A DNA stretch of 48,395 bases, taken from positions 1 to 48,395 of IMG/VR virus record IMGVR_UViG_3300035002_000017; one strand, written 5' to 3'. This document shows, piece after piece, positions 27,037-35,105 of the stretch (positions within the stretch are counted from its first letter, which is position 1; the number at the start of each line of letters is the position of its first letter). This stretch comes from a virus. Its lineage: Duplodnaviria > Caudoviricetes. A program made the translations under genes and the position numbers. Below the pieces are notes generated by a model, which saw only the letters and a list, made by a program, of their open reading frames with translations, was not told the origin of the DNA and made no database searches.

Positions 27037-27606
27037 TTACGCCGACACCGGCAACCGGTGGGCGGCAGCAAGGCTTTCGCTCAGTCGCCGCTTTTCGTCC
27101 GGGGCATCGCCGGGGCTGTCGTAGCGTTCGCGGATGCGCGAAAGCATCGCGTCGCGTAAATCTTCCGGCACGGTGTCGAGGGCGTAGCCCGCTTTGAAGG
27201 TCACCTTCACCGCGTCGGGCCGACTGGCCAGGGCCGGGAGGGCGCCGGTGAGGCTGACCCAGCCGAAGTATTCCCCGAGCCGCCCGGAAAGCACCTGGTC
27301 AGCGGGCAAAGCCGTGTAGGTGCTTGCGCCGTCTGCGATGTACTCCACGCCAACCAGTTCCACGAACGGGGCCTTGTCGAGCGTCAGGCAACCCGAAGGC
27401 CAGCCGGATAGGGTGACGGCAAAATCGGCAACGCCGAGTTGCAAGCCTGTCGCCCTCTGGCACCAGTCCCGCGCCCCGCGAATCATTCGCATCAGCGATT
27501 CTTCGTCCTCGCCCTCGTCCGGCTTCACGTACGCCCGCACGGCCTGGGCGTCGAGCACTTCGCCGGTCGGGGTACTGATTCGGTAGGGAGCGGAAACAAG
27601 CATCAC
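27037..27606 (-). CDS. Head-tail connector (phiE125 gp8 / HK97 gp6-like)
   Basis: ED..L..MIRGAR.WC...TG...RPDAVKVTFKAGY...VPEDLRDAML. Confidence 0.9.
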   Translation of the reverse strand: MMLVSAPYRISTPTGEVLDAQAVRAYVKPDEGEDEESLMRMIRGARDWCQRATGLQLGVADFAVTLSGWPSGCLTLDKAPFVELVGVEYIADGASTYTALPADQVLSGRLGEYFGWVSLTGALPALASRPDAVKVTFKAGYALDTVPEDLRDAMLSRIRERYDSPGDAPDEKRRLSESLAAAHRLPVSA

Positions 27607-27816
27607 TTAGCGGGTTTGGCCTTTGGGGGCTTTGTCTTCGGGGGTGCGGGGTGCGGCGGCGGCTTTCGCTTTGGCGATTTCGGCTTCCGACGGGGCGGCA
27701 GCGATGCCCGCTTCGATGGTTTTTTCGGCCCAGCCTTTTTCGAGTTCCGCTACGTCGCCTTCTTCGTGGGCGAACAGGGGGTGATTTTTGAGAAACTTGA
27801 CGAACTTGGTTTCCAT
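27607..27816 (-). CDS. Small head-associated protein
   Basis: 69 aa between capsid and connector. Confidence 0.75.
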   Translation of the reverse strand: METKFVKFLKNHPLFAHEEGDVAELEKGWAEKTIEAGIAAAPSEAEIAKAKAAAAPRTPEDKAPKGQTR

Positions 27817-27831
27817 GACTGTTTTAGGAAA

Positions 27832-27865
27832 ATCCCCTAACCGTCAACGCGGACGGTTAGGGGAT
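27832..27865 (-). terminator. Hairpin/terminator downstream of the capsid gene
   Basis: ATCCCCTAACCGTC / GACGGTTAGGGGAT 14-bp stem, short T-run on the - strand. Confidence 0.7.
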
Positions 27866-27872
27866 GAGTGAA

Positions 27873-29177
27873 TTACGAAATGACGGTGGTGGCGTCTTTG
27901 AACCCGGCGAAGGAGGCGGCGCGGGCTACTTTCACCTGCCAGTACATATTCGCCACGACGAGCACGTTGCCTTTTTTGGCCTGCGTGACGGTATCGACTA
28001 TGAAGTCCATCCCGCCCCACATCCCGACGTAGAGATCGGCGAAGTTGCCGAAGATGCCCGCCGAGCAGACGCTGGTTGCGGTGCCCTTCGTCAGGTTCGA
28101 GGGAACGAGGTTCGACACCACGGCGGGGTAGCCGTACACCGTGTTGTCATCGCCGTACACCGGCGCGCCGTTGGTGCCCGAAAACTTTTGCGTCAGGGCC
28201 AGCTTGCCTTTCGTCTTCGTGTTCAGGAGGTAGGCGTTGCGCGCCCCGATGGCGTTGGCGTTGGAAACGAGCGTTTCCAGGGCCACCATGTGGGCATACG
28301 TCGGGTCGGCTCCGTTGGTGCCGAGGGCGAGCAGGTTGCCGTTGCCGGAAATGATGGCCGCAAGCAACGCCGTAACGGCGTCCTGGTTGAGTTTCCGATC
28401 CAGCCCCTTCGTGATGTTGTCCTGCACGAGTTGCTGCACGTCAATCGACGCTTGCAACAGGGTTTGCTTGGAAACCGGGATCGCCGTGCCGCGCCGGGTG
28501 GGCAGCATGGTGAATTCGGACATCAGGATTTCGTCTTCCGACATTTCCTGCGTCTCGGTCAGTTCCTGCGGGGTGTTCTTGGTTGCCTCCACGATGAACC
28601 GGGGGGTGCCCTGAAGGCCCGCCAGCCGCCGGGCACCGACCTGGGAGAGGAACGAGGATTCCCACAGCGCGCTGAGCAGGCCGTTGACTTCGGTTTCCAC
28701 CGCCACCCCGCCCTGATCGCCCGCCGTCGTGGTTTGGCCCGTTACGGTCTGCCCGCGTTCGTTGCCGATGAAAGCCGGAACGCCGAAGCCTTCGAGGGCG
28801 ACGCCGTTACGGGAGGCTTCGCGCTGGGCAATCTGGTGCACTTCGGCCTCGATGCCGTCAAGGGGCTTGTTTTCGGCCAGCAATTGCAGGCCGCGCACGA
28901 TGCTGAGTTTTTTGAAATCGCGCGCTTCGGCGGGCGACAGCCCCTCGCGGGCACCGCCGTTGACTTTGGCCGTGCGGGCGACGACTTCTTCGGCCGCACT
29001 CAGGGCGGCGAGTTCTTCGTTGAGGGGTTCAACCGCAGCGGCGTACCCGGAAATGGCGGCACGCTCTTCGGCGGTCAGTTTATCGAACCCCTCGTTTTTG
29101 GCCTTCAACGCGGCTGCGTCGCGGGCCTGCGTGAGTTCGCCGAGGGCGTCCTGCACGGTTTTCGCGGTACGTTTCAT
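27873..29177 (-). CDS. Major capsid protein (HK97 fold, N-terminal delta domain)
   Basis: 434 aa; GGVAV...VSKQTLLQ...YGYPAVVSNLVP...IFGNFADL. Confidence 0.95.
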   Translation of the reverse strand: MKRTAKTVQDALGELTQARDAAALKAKNEGFDKLTAEERAAISGYAAAVEPLNEELAALSAAEEVVARTAKVNGGAREGLSPAEARDFKKLSIVRGLQLLAENKPLDGIEAEVHQIAQREASRNGVALEGFGVPAFIGNERGQTVTGQTTTAGDQGGVAVETEVNGLLSALWESSFLSQVGARRLAGLQGTPRFIVEATKNTPQELTETQEMSEDEILMSEFTMLPTRRGTAIPVSKQTLLQASIDVQQLVQDNITKGLDRKLNQDAVTALLAAIISGNGNLLALGTNGADPTYAHMVALETLVSNANAIGARNAYLLNTKTKGKLALTQKFSGTNGAPVYGDDNTVYGYPAVVSNLVPSNLTKGTATSVCSAGIFGNFADLYVGMWGGMDFIVDTVTQAKKGNVLVVANMYWQVKVARAASFAGFKDATTVIS

Positions 29178-29220
29178 TTTTGATTGTGATTGAGTTGATT
29201 GTGGGGTACTCTTGGAAAAA

Positions 29221-30249
29221 TCAAAGGCCGATTTCCAGCATCAGGAGCCGGTCGGCGGCGGAGTATTCAGGGGTTGGGGGCGGCGAGGCTTGCGAGGCGC
29301 GAATGGCGCGTACTGTTTCGACTTCTTCGGGCGTTAGGGTTAGTCCATCGAACTCCGGGGCCGACCGCACTACCATTCCGTCGTCGGTGATTTGCGCGTC
29401 GGTTCCAGCAAGACGCGCAATCGTTTGCGAACGGCTTTTCTTCATATCCATTTCGCCGTCCGAAGCATCGGCGTCATCGCCAAACCACTCGGAAAGCCAC
29501 TCTTTCATCTGGTCGATTTCCGCCGTTTGCGCGTCGATTATGCCCTGAGCAAAGTCTTTCAGGCGTTCGCTTGATAGTACCTTGCCGGCCATTTCCACCG
29601 CCATTTCGTGGTGGGGAATCATGTCGGTGAGAAACCTTTTTTCTTTTTTTTCGAGGCTGGTTAGTTTTCTTTCTTGCTGATTATTGGCCCGTTTAAAGGC
29701 TTCCAGCGACCGCAGCCCGACGCTTTCTTCGGTGTCGGGATAGGCCGGGTAGGTCACGATGCTGAAATCATCCACGCGGCTGATTTTCTGCACCGTCCCG
29801 ATGTACACCCCATCCGGGCGGCGCTCCCATTCGTAGTCATCCCACGACCAATAGGCCCGGAAGGAGCACCCGGCCAAATCGCCGCGCTCGATGAGTTCGC
29901 GGTAATAGTCGAAGGGGGCGGATTTGGGGAGTTTGGCGCGGGCGACGACCTTTTTGTTGCCGCCGTCGGTGTCCTTCACTTCAAAGGTCAGCGTGCCGGA
30001 TTTCGTCCGGCCGAACAGCAGGTTCGGATCGTGATTGATGACGGCCCGCACGTCCGAAAAGTCGGTTTCGTCCAGGCACTTCGCCGCCAGGATTTCGACG
30101 TAACCCATGTACACCGATTCCACGCCCGTGATGATGGGCGTGAATTCAACGTAGGTGTCTTCGCCCTCGCTGACGGCCCGCACGTGGGCCATTTGCAGGC
30201 TGACGGCGCGGCAAATCGCCACCCCGGCGGGGAGTTCAGGCTTGTTCAT
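29221..30249 (-). CDS. HK97-family prohead protease with a fused DUF305 half-domain
   Basis: ATG 30249; INHDPN.LFGRT.SGTL, RGDLAGCSF, SIVTYPAYPDT; then FLTDMIPHHEMAVEMA...AQGIIDAQTAEIDQMKEWL. Confidence 0.9.
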   Translation of the reverse strand: MNKPELPAGVAICRAVSLQMAHVRAVSEGEDTYVEFTPIITGVESVYMGYVEILAAKCLDETDFSDVRAVINHDPNLLFGRTKSGTLTFEVKDTDGGNKKVVARAKLPKSAPFDYYRELIERGDLAGCSFRAYWSWDDYEWERRPDGVYIGTVQKISRVDDFSIVTYPAYPDTEESVGLRSLEAFKRANNQQERKLTSLEKKEKRFLTDMIPHHEMAVEMAGKVLSSERLKDFAQGIIDAQTAEIDQMKEWLSEWFGDDADASDGEMDMKKSRSQTIARLAGTDAQITDDGMVVRSAPEFDGLTLTPEEVETVRAIRASQASPPPTPEYSAADRLLMLEIGL

Positions 30250-31642
30250 CGTCTTCTTTTTCGGTGGGTTGTTTTGGCGCTCCGGCGGGAACGTTCCGCT
30301 CGACGTTCTTGACGGCAATCATGTTGCCGTTGACCATGTGGATGTCGCCGCCTTCGTAGCCGTTCATTTCCTCCAAGGCCAGGGCCGTGTTGGGGTCGTA
30401 CATCCCGGATTGGATGCCCTTGTGGTAGGCTTCCATCCGGGTTTTGAAATCACCCCGCTGAAAAGCCGAAAAATTGTGTTTGAACCAGCGTTTGCCGACG
30501 TACTTGGTCGGCAGGAGTTTGTAATTGAGTTCCTGCTCGAATTCCGTCGCACGCGGCAGCAGGGTGTACGTCACGCACTGAATGCCGAGTTGTTCGACGC
30601 CCGACCCGAACGAGGTTGCTTTCGAGGTATCGCCGACCATTGACGGCTGAATCCGAAACATCCGGTAGATTTCCTCCGGGTGCATCGTCAGTAGTTCAAT
30701 GACCTGACTTTCCTTGTTGGATGCCGTGATGGATTTGTAGTCAGTGCCGAGGCCGAGCACGGGCGTTTTGTCGCTTTGGCCGTTCAGTCCCCGGTGTTCG
30801 TCCCAACCCTCCTGCAAACACTGAAAGGCTTCTTTGTTCTGGGCTACGTTGGCGTCGGTCTTCAGGTAGCCCGGCGGCATGGTGCCGTTCTGGTAGTAGC
30901 GGTTGAGAAATTCGGCGGCCCCCATGCCGAGTTGCAGCGTGCGGGTTTGGTAGCCGAGCAGCCCGCCGGAATACTTGCCGTTGATGGAAATGCCCTTGCA
31001 GCGGATTACGTCTTCTTCCCGGAGCCTCTCGCCCGTTTTGGCGATTTGATAGAACAATTCGCCGTCCGTGGTTTCCAAAATGAAGTACTCCCGGCGCGGG
31101 ATGTGCGTCAGGGTTTCGGTCTGGTTGTAGAAATCCCGGCCGATGCGCAGCAGGCCCTCGCCAAAAAGAAACTGATTCACCCAAAACGCCTTGCGGAGGG
31201 CAAACGGGGTTTGGTGCCGGTTTGGGCGAACGGACAACACCCGGTGTTCGGGCGTGTCGGTGAGTTTTTCGGTTCCGTACTGCGCCGCCCGGTATTCCCC
31301 GATGGGCGGGTAAGCCAGGGCGTCCGTTACCGCGTCGAGGCAGGCGTAGAACGTCGAAATGCCCAGGGCGGTGGTTTCATTGACGGGGATTTTGCCCACG
31401 TCCATGCCGAACAGCTTTAGCCCGGCCAGGGCGTCGGAAAGCGCAACGAGGTTGGAATAGGGAACGGAACGGGATTGGTAGCGACTTCCGTAGAAATCAT
31501 TGACCGACACCCCATCGGGAATCACCGAAGCGGCCCGCGAAGGCAAAGGGGCGGCGTCCGGCGTGGGAGTTGCCGGTTTTGCGCCGCCCCGAAAAAGGGT
31601 GCCCAGGAGGTTCAACGGTGGGTTGGGGTTTGCCTGTCCCAA
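30236..31642 (-). CDS. Portal protein (HK97 family)
   Basis: RPNRHQT, NGTMPPG.LK, FRIQPSMVG, NE/NT..A.E-type end; TTG start uncertain. Confidence 0.95.
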   Translation of the reverse strand: MGQANPNPPLNLLGTLFRGGAKPATPTPDAAPLPSRAASVIPDGVSVNDFYGSRYQSRSVPYSNLVALSDALAGLKLFGMDVGKIPVNETTALGISTFYACLDAVTDALAYPPIGEYRAAQYGTEKLTDTPEHRVLSVRPNRHQTPFALRKAFWVNQFLFGEGLLRIGRDFYNQTETLTHIPRREYFILETTDGELFYQIAKTGERLREEDVIRCKGISINGKYSGGLLGYQTRTLQLGMGAAEFLNRYYQNGTMPPGYLKTDANVAQNKEAFQCLQEGWDEHRGLNGQSDKTPVLGLGTDYKSITASNKESQVIELLTMHPEEIYRMFRIQPSMVGDTSKATSFGSGVEQLGIQCVTYTLLPRATEFEQELNYKLLPTKYVGKRWFKHNFSAFQRGDFKTRMEAYHKGIQSGMYDPNTALALEEMNGYEGGDIHMVNGNMIAVKNVERNVPAGAPKQPTEKEDDEQA

Positions 31643-31733
31643 AATTCCCCACCGGAGTTCAGGGGTTTTCCTGTAAATAGCGGAAGGTTGGCGCTAAATG
31701 CCAGAATGTTGGCGGCATTTGACGGAAAAGGGC

Positions 31734-31769
31734 ACAAAAAAGCCCGGCAGTGATTGCCGGGCTTTTTGT
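31734..31769. terminator. Bidirectional intrinsic terminator
   Basis: AAAAAAGCCCGGCA-GTGAT-TGCCGGGCTTTTTG, right after the Rha/ANT stop. Confidence 0.85.
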
Positions 31770-32552
31770 TTAGCGCATCGCCGCCGCTTGCGGCAGGTTC
31801 ACCACGGGCGGGGCACTGCGCGGCATCGGCACAAACCCCGCCTTTTCAAGCATCCGCCGCACCCCGTCAACCCCGCGCTGGGTAAAGACGGTTTTCCGGC
31901 CCACCTGAACGCCTTCCTTCGGGTGTGTCCATGTGGTTTCAATCACTTTGCACCAACCCTCATCGATAAACCGCTGGTAGGGCTGGTTCCAGTCGTTGCG
32001 CATCAACACGCCCCGCGAACGCAGGAAGTCGAACAGGTGATTTTGCCCCATGCCCCGAAAGGCCAACACCTTCGCCATTTCCCGGACGCTCATCAGGTTT
32101 TCCGAACTCATCGCCCGTTCGTAGAAGTCGGCTTTGGGTTGCAACACTTCCACCGCTGCGGCCAGCCGTTCCCGTTCTTCCGTTGCCGCAACCAATTCCC
32201 GAAGGGCTTCCAGGTACGTTTGCGGCACGGCGGGCTTCTGGCTTTGCAGTTGCCGCTGTGCTTCGTTGAAGGCGTTGATGAACTCGACTTTGAAGGCGGC
32301 GGCTTTCTTGCCGGTGAAGCCCATCACCAGAAAAGCAAAGCCGTCTTTTGTGATCACGTATTCGGGCCGGGCCTCCCCCTTGCTGTCAACATATTCAACC
32401 AATCCAAAATTGGATGCGTTGAAATCGGCGGGGCATTCAAGATTCTGAATTGCCCGCAAAACGTGCGCGTGTTGCTTGCCGAACTTTTCGGCGACAAGCC
32501 GCGAGGTCGTTACGGTCTGACCGTCCCGAACCAAGACAAGTTCCGTGTTCAT
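31770..32552 (-). CDS. Rha-family regulator fused to a KilAC/ANT antirepressor domain
   Basis: TTSRLVAEKFGKQH.HVLRAI...ITKDGFAFLVMGFTGKKAA.FK; PQTY.EALR...PKADFY...GQNHLF.FLR...NQPYQRFID.G. Confidence 0.92.
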   Translation of the reverse strand: MNTELVLVRDGQTVTTSRLVAEKFGKQHAHVLRAIQNLECPADFNASNFGLVEYVDSKGEARPEYVITKDGFAFLVMGFTGKKAAAFKVEFINAFNEAQRQLQSQKPAVPQTYLEALRELVAATEERERLAAAVEVLQPKADFYERAMSSENLMSVREMAKVLAFRGMGQNHLFDFLRSRGVLMRNDWNQPYQRFIDEGWCKVIETTWTHPKEGVQVGRKTVFTQRGVDGVRRMLEKAGFVPMPRSAPPVVNLPQAAAMR

Positions 32553-33307
32553 GCCTGGGAGGAAAGAAAGAACGAGGTTGCAAATTCGTGTACGCGCGTC
32601 AGGTAGCCGTAGCGCTTTGCTACGTCAATGTAGTTTTCTCCCACTTCACGGCGGGCACTGAGTATGCCAATGTTGTAGGCGTGTCCGAAGCTGCTCCAAA
32701 AACGTTCCCATAGCCATTCCGGGGTTTTGTGCGGGTGCGCTGCCAGGTGCGCGTTGAAGCAAGCAAATACCGCTTGTCGCATTTCGTTCACAGGCCGGGA
32801 ATCAGGCGAACCCGGCGGCGGGAGTTGGGCGCGAAGGGCGGCGAGTTCGGCGGCGTGGTGGTATTCGATTGCGTCGATTTTCCGGGAAAGGGCCTTAACC
32901 TGACGAGCAAGGGCGGAGTTTCCGGCCTGTTCGCGTTGGCTTTGCGCCCACTTTTCCACGGCGATAAAGTACTGACGCACTTTCCGGCCCTGTTCGGTGC
33001 GCTGAATCATGGCAATTTCCTTCGCGCAGTCGAGAAGCAAGGCGTAGTCGTCAAGGACTTCGCGTTCCCCTCCGGTAGGTGTATGATCAATTCTGATCAA
33101 ACGCTCGTAATCAGTGTTTTCAACGAATCCGTATGCAAACATTCGCTTCATCCACGGATCGAACCTGGTTTTAATGCCCAGGTAGTCATACAGGCTTCGC
33201 GCCGATGTGACTTCTTCGTTCCGGCAATTCAGCGTGACAGGCGGGAATCCATCGGATTCGTTTATCCCCGGCGGGGATAGGGTAAGGTTTTTAAGTTTGG
33301 TAACCAT
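32549..33307 (-). CDS. AntA/AntB-family antirepressor
   Basis: ATG 33307; SARSLYDYLGIKTRF..W..R...YGFVEN.DY...DYAL.LDCAKEIAMIQRTEQG.KVRQYFI.VEK. Confidence 0.9.
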   Translation of the reverse strand: MVTKLKNLTLSPPGINESDGFPPVTLNCRNEEVTSARSLYDYLGIKTRFDPWMKRMFAYGFVENTDYERLIRIDHTPTGGEREVLDDYALLLDCAKEIAMIQRTEQGRKVRQYFIAVEKWAQSQREQAGNSALARQVKALSRKIDAIEYHHAAELAALRAQLPPPGSPDSRPVNEMRQAVFACFNAHLAAHPHKTPEWLWERFWSSFGHAYNIGILSARREVGENYIDVAKRYGYLTRVHEFATSFFLSSQA

Positions 33308-33354
33308 GACTTTGACAGTTTTTTGCTCAGAATGCGACCTTTCGGCTGAGCGTG

Positions 33355-33453
33355 AAAAAGAAAAAACGGCGTCGCACCGCCCCGCTGTCAAAGTCCGTTA
33401 CCGGGAGCTTCCTACGGCCATTACAGCCGCAGGACGGGAGTGCAACGCCGTTT
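33355..33453 (-). ncRNA. Candidate c4/CI-like antisense RNA
   Basis: 14-bp closing stem (33440-33453 with 33364-33377), 9-bp inner hairpin, unpaired GACUUUGACAG complementary to sites at 33308 and 33539, U-tract at the 3' end. Confidence 0.6.
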
Positions 33454-33486
33454 CCACTACGTGAATACGTGCGCTAAATGAAGGGC

Positions 33487-33517
33487 AAAAAAATAGCCAC
33501 TCATCGTTCTGAGGGGC
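33487..33517 (-). terminator. Attenuator-like terminator in the antirepressor leader
   Basis: - strand GCCCCTCA-GAACGA-TGAGTGGC followed by TATTTTTTT. Confidence 0.55.
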
Positions 33518-33551
33518 TTCCTTACCCCCGGTTACTTAGACTTTGACACCG

Positions 33552-33559
33552 CAAACATA
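33552..33559 (-). promoter_or_regulatory. Bacteroidota sigma-70 -7 promoter element (TAnnTTTG)
   Basis: TATGTTTG on the - strand just upstream of the antirepressor leader. Confidence 0.6.
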
Positions 33560-33626
33560 CGCATTTCGCCAGGATTCAAGAAGAATTTATAGCTATTTTG
33601 CGCCGAACCTCCGCAACCCTGTCCCA

Positions 33627-34166
33627 ATGAAAAAGCATCTTGCCGCCGCCCTTTGCTTGCTTTTCTGGTCATGTTCCTCCAAAACCGAAAAAATTCCCGC
33701 TCAAAAGACCCCTGATAAGCCTTCCCGAAGAGAAATCACCGCCGCTTTACAGCCCCCTTACGGCTTAAAGTGGGGCGACAACCAGCGAACATTCAGGAAA
33801 GCAATGGAGTCAAGGGGAGGATTGCACTTTGTCGGAGAAGGGGAGTTTTTGCAGTATCAGGGGGTTAAAACAGGGGGTGATTTTTGCGATGTGTACGCTC
33901 ACTTTTTCGAGAACAAGCTATATAGCGTTGAAATTGCAACGGAAATCATTTACTATGACGACACCAAAAACGCTTTGTCGGGTAAGTACGGCCCGGCAAA
34001 CGACTCTTCGTCTTTTTCGTTACTGTGGCACAACAAAGACGGCCTAATTTCCATGCCGAACAAATTTCCAGACAGCCCCAAGCCGTTTAAAGTAAGGTAT
34101 GAAAGCCTGAAAATTTACGCTGAAATGGCAAAAGCCGACAGCGTAAAGCTGCGAAATGAATTGTAG
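33627..34166 (+). CDS. Lipoprotein (moron)
   Basis: ATG 33627 MKKHLAAALCLLFWS-C lipobox; opposite strand, more AT-rich. Confidence 0.8.
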   Translation: MKKHLAAALCLLFWSCSSKTEKIPAQKTPDKPSRREITAALQPPYGLKWGDNQRTFRKAMESRGGLHFVGEGEFLQYQGVKTGGDFCDVYAHFFENKLYSVEIATEIIYYDDTKNALSGKYGPANDSSSFSLLWHNKDGLISMPNKFPDSPKPFKVRYESLKIYAEMAKADSVKLRNEL

Positions 34167-34210
34167 TCTGTCACCAATCAACAACCCGCCCTGAACCCCT
34201 CTCCCGCCCC

Positions 34211-34846
34211 ATGACACCGCAGCAAATCGAGGCCCTTGAACGCCTGACCCGCCTTAAAGAACAGGGTTCTTTGACCGACAACGAATTTGAAGAGGGCAAA
34301 CGCCGCATTTTATCCCAGCCCAACCCGTTGCCCGCGCGAAAAAGCAAGCCGGGGGCGGTCTGGGGGCTAATCGCCCTTGTCGCCTCGTTATTGCTTTTGT
34401 TCACCCCTCGTTTCCTGGTCACGCCGGTACTGATTGCGGTTTTCGCCTTCGCCGTCGTTGGGCTGTTTCGTGATTCGTCCAAATTTCCGGCGCTCCTCTC
34501 CCTGGTTCCCGCCTTTTTCATCATTTATACCCTTTTTGGCGAAGCCCTGGACTCATCGGCAACGTACAGGGTCGAATACGAAGCCTATTGCATCGGTTGC
34601 ACTGTGCGCTATTCAAACGGCAGCGGCGGCACGGATGAAGAGGCAGTTTCGTCCTCTTGGAAACAAACGGTTTCGGCACGCGGTGACGACTTCCTGAGCC
34701 TCTCAGCGCAAAATTCCGGCGAGAACACCGGCACGGTTCAGGTGGTGGTTCGGGTTGACGGTAAAAAACTCACCGAAAAAAGTTCTTCCGGGCGTTTTGC
34801 CGTCGCTCAGGTTCATTTCAGGCCGAAAGAATCACCAAACGAGTAA
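34211..34846 (+). CDS. SHOCT-domain membrane protein with C-terminal Ig/MmpS-like domain (moron)
   Basis: LERLTRLKEQGSLTDNEFEEGKRRIL (SHOCT), about 3 TM helices, beta-rich C-terminus. Confidence 0.85.
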   Translation: MTPQQIEALERLTRLKEQGSLTDNEFEEGKRRILSQPNPLPARKSKPGAVWGLIALVASLLLLFTPRFLVTPVLIAVFAFAVVGLFRDSSKFPALLSLVPAFFIIYTLFGEALDSSATYRVEYEAYCIGCTVRYSNGSGGTDEEAVSSSWKQTVSARGDDFLSLSAQNSGENTGTVQVVVRVDGKKLTEKSSSGRFAVAQVHFRPKESPNE

Positions 34847-35095
34847 TCACGCCGCCGCCAACTCACGCCCGTCCCGGCGCAGGCGGTCGCTGTCGAAGGC
34901 TTCAAACGTCTTGTAGGGGCTACCAAGTCCGGTTTCTACAAAAAACCGCTTCTCGGCCCGCTCGTAGGCATCGGCCCAACTGGCCTTGTGCAACAGCCGC
35001 TTTTCTTCCGCCGCAATTTGCTGGAACCGTTCGCGGGGCGTGACCGGCGGCGGGGGATTCGGGGTTTTGGGCATGGTGGGTAGGTGTTGGTGCAT
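34847..35095 (-). CDS. Hypothetical protein after terL
   Basis: AYERAEKRF...G...YKTFEAF; start 35095 or 35074. Confidence 0.65.
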   Translation of the reverse strand: MHQHLPTMPKTPNPPPPVTPRERFQQIAAEEKRLLHKASWADAYERAEKRFFVETGLGSPYKTFEAFDSDRLRRDGRELAAA

Positions 35096-35105
35096 GGGGG
35101 TGGGG

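Noticed and set aside
27864-29183. 439-aa + strand ORF
   Set aside because: Antisense shadow of the major capsid gene
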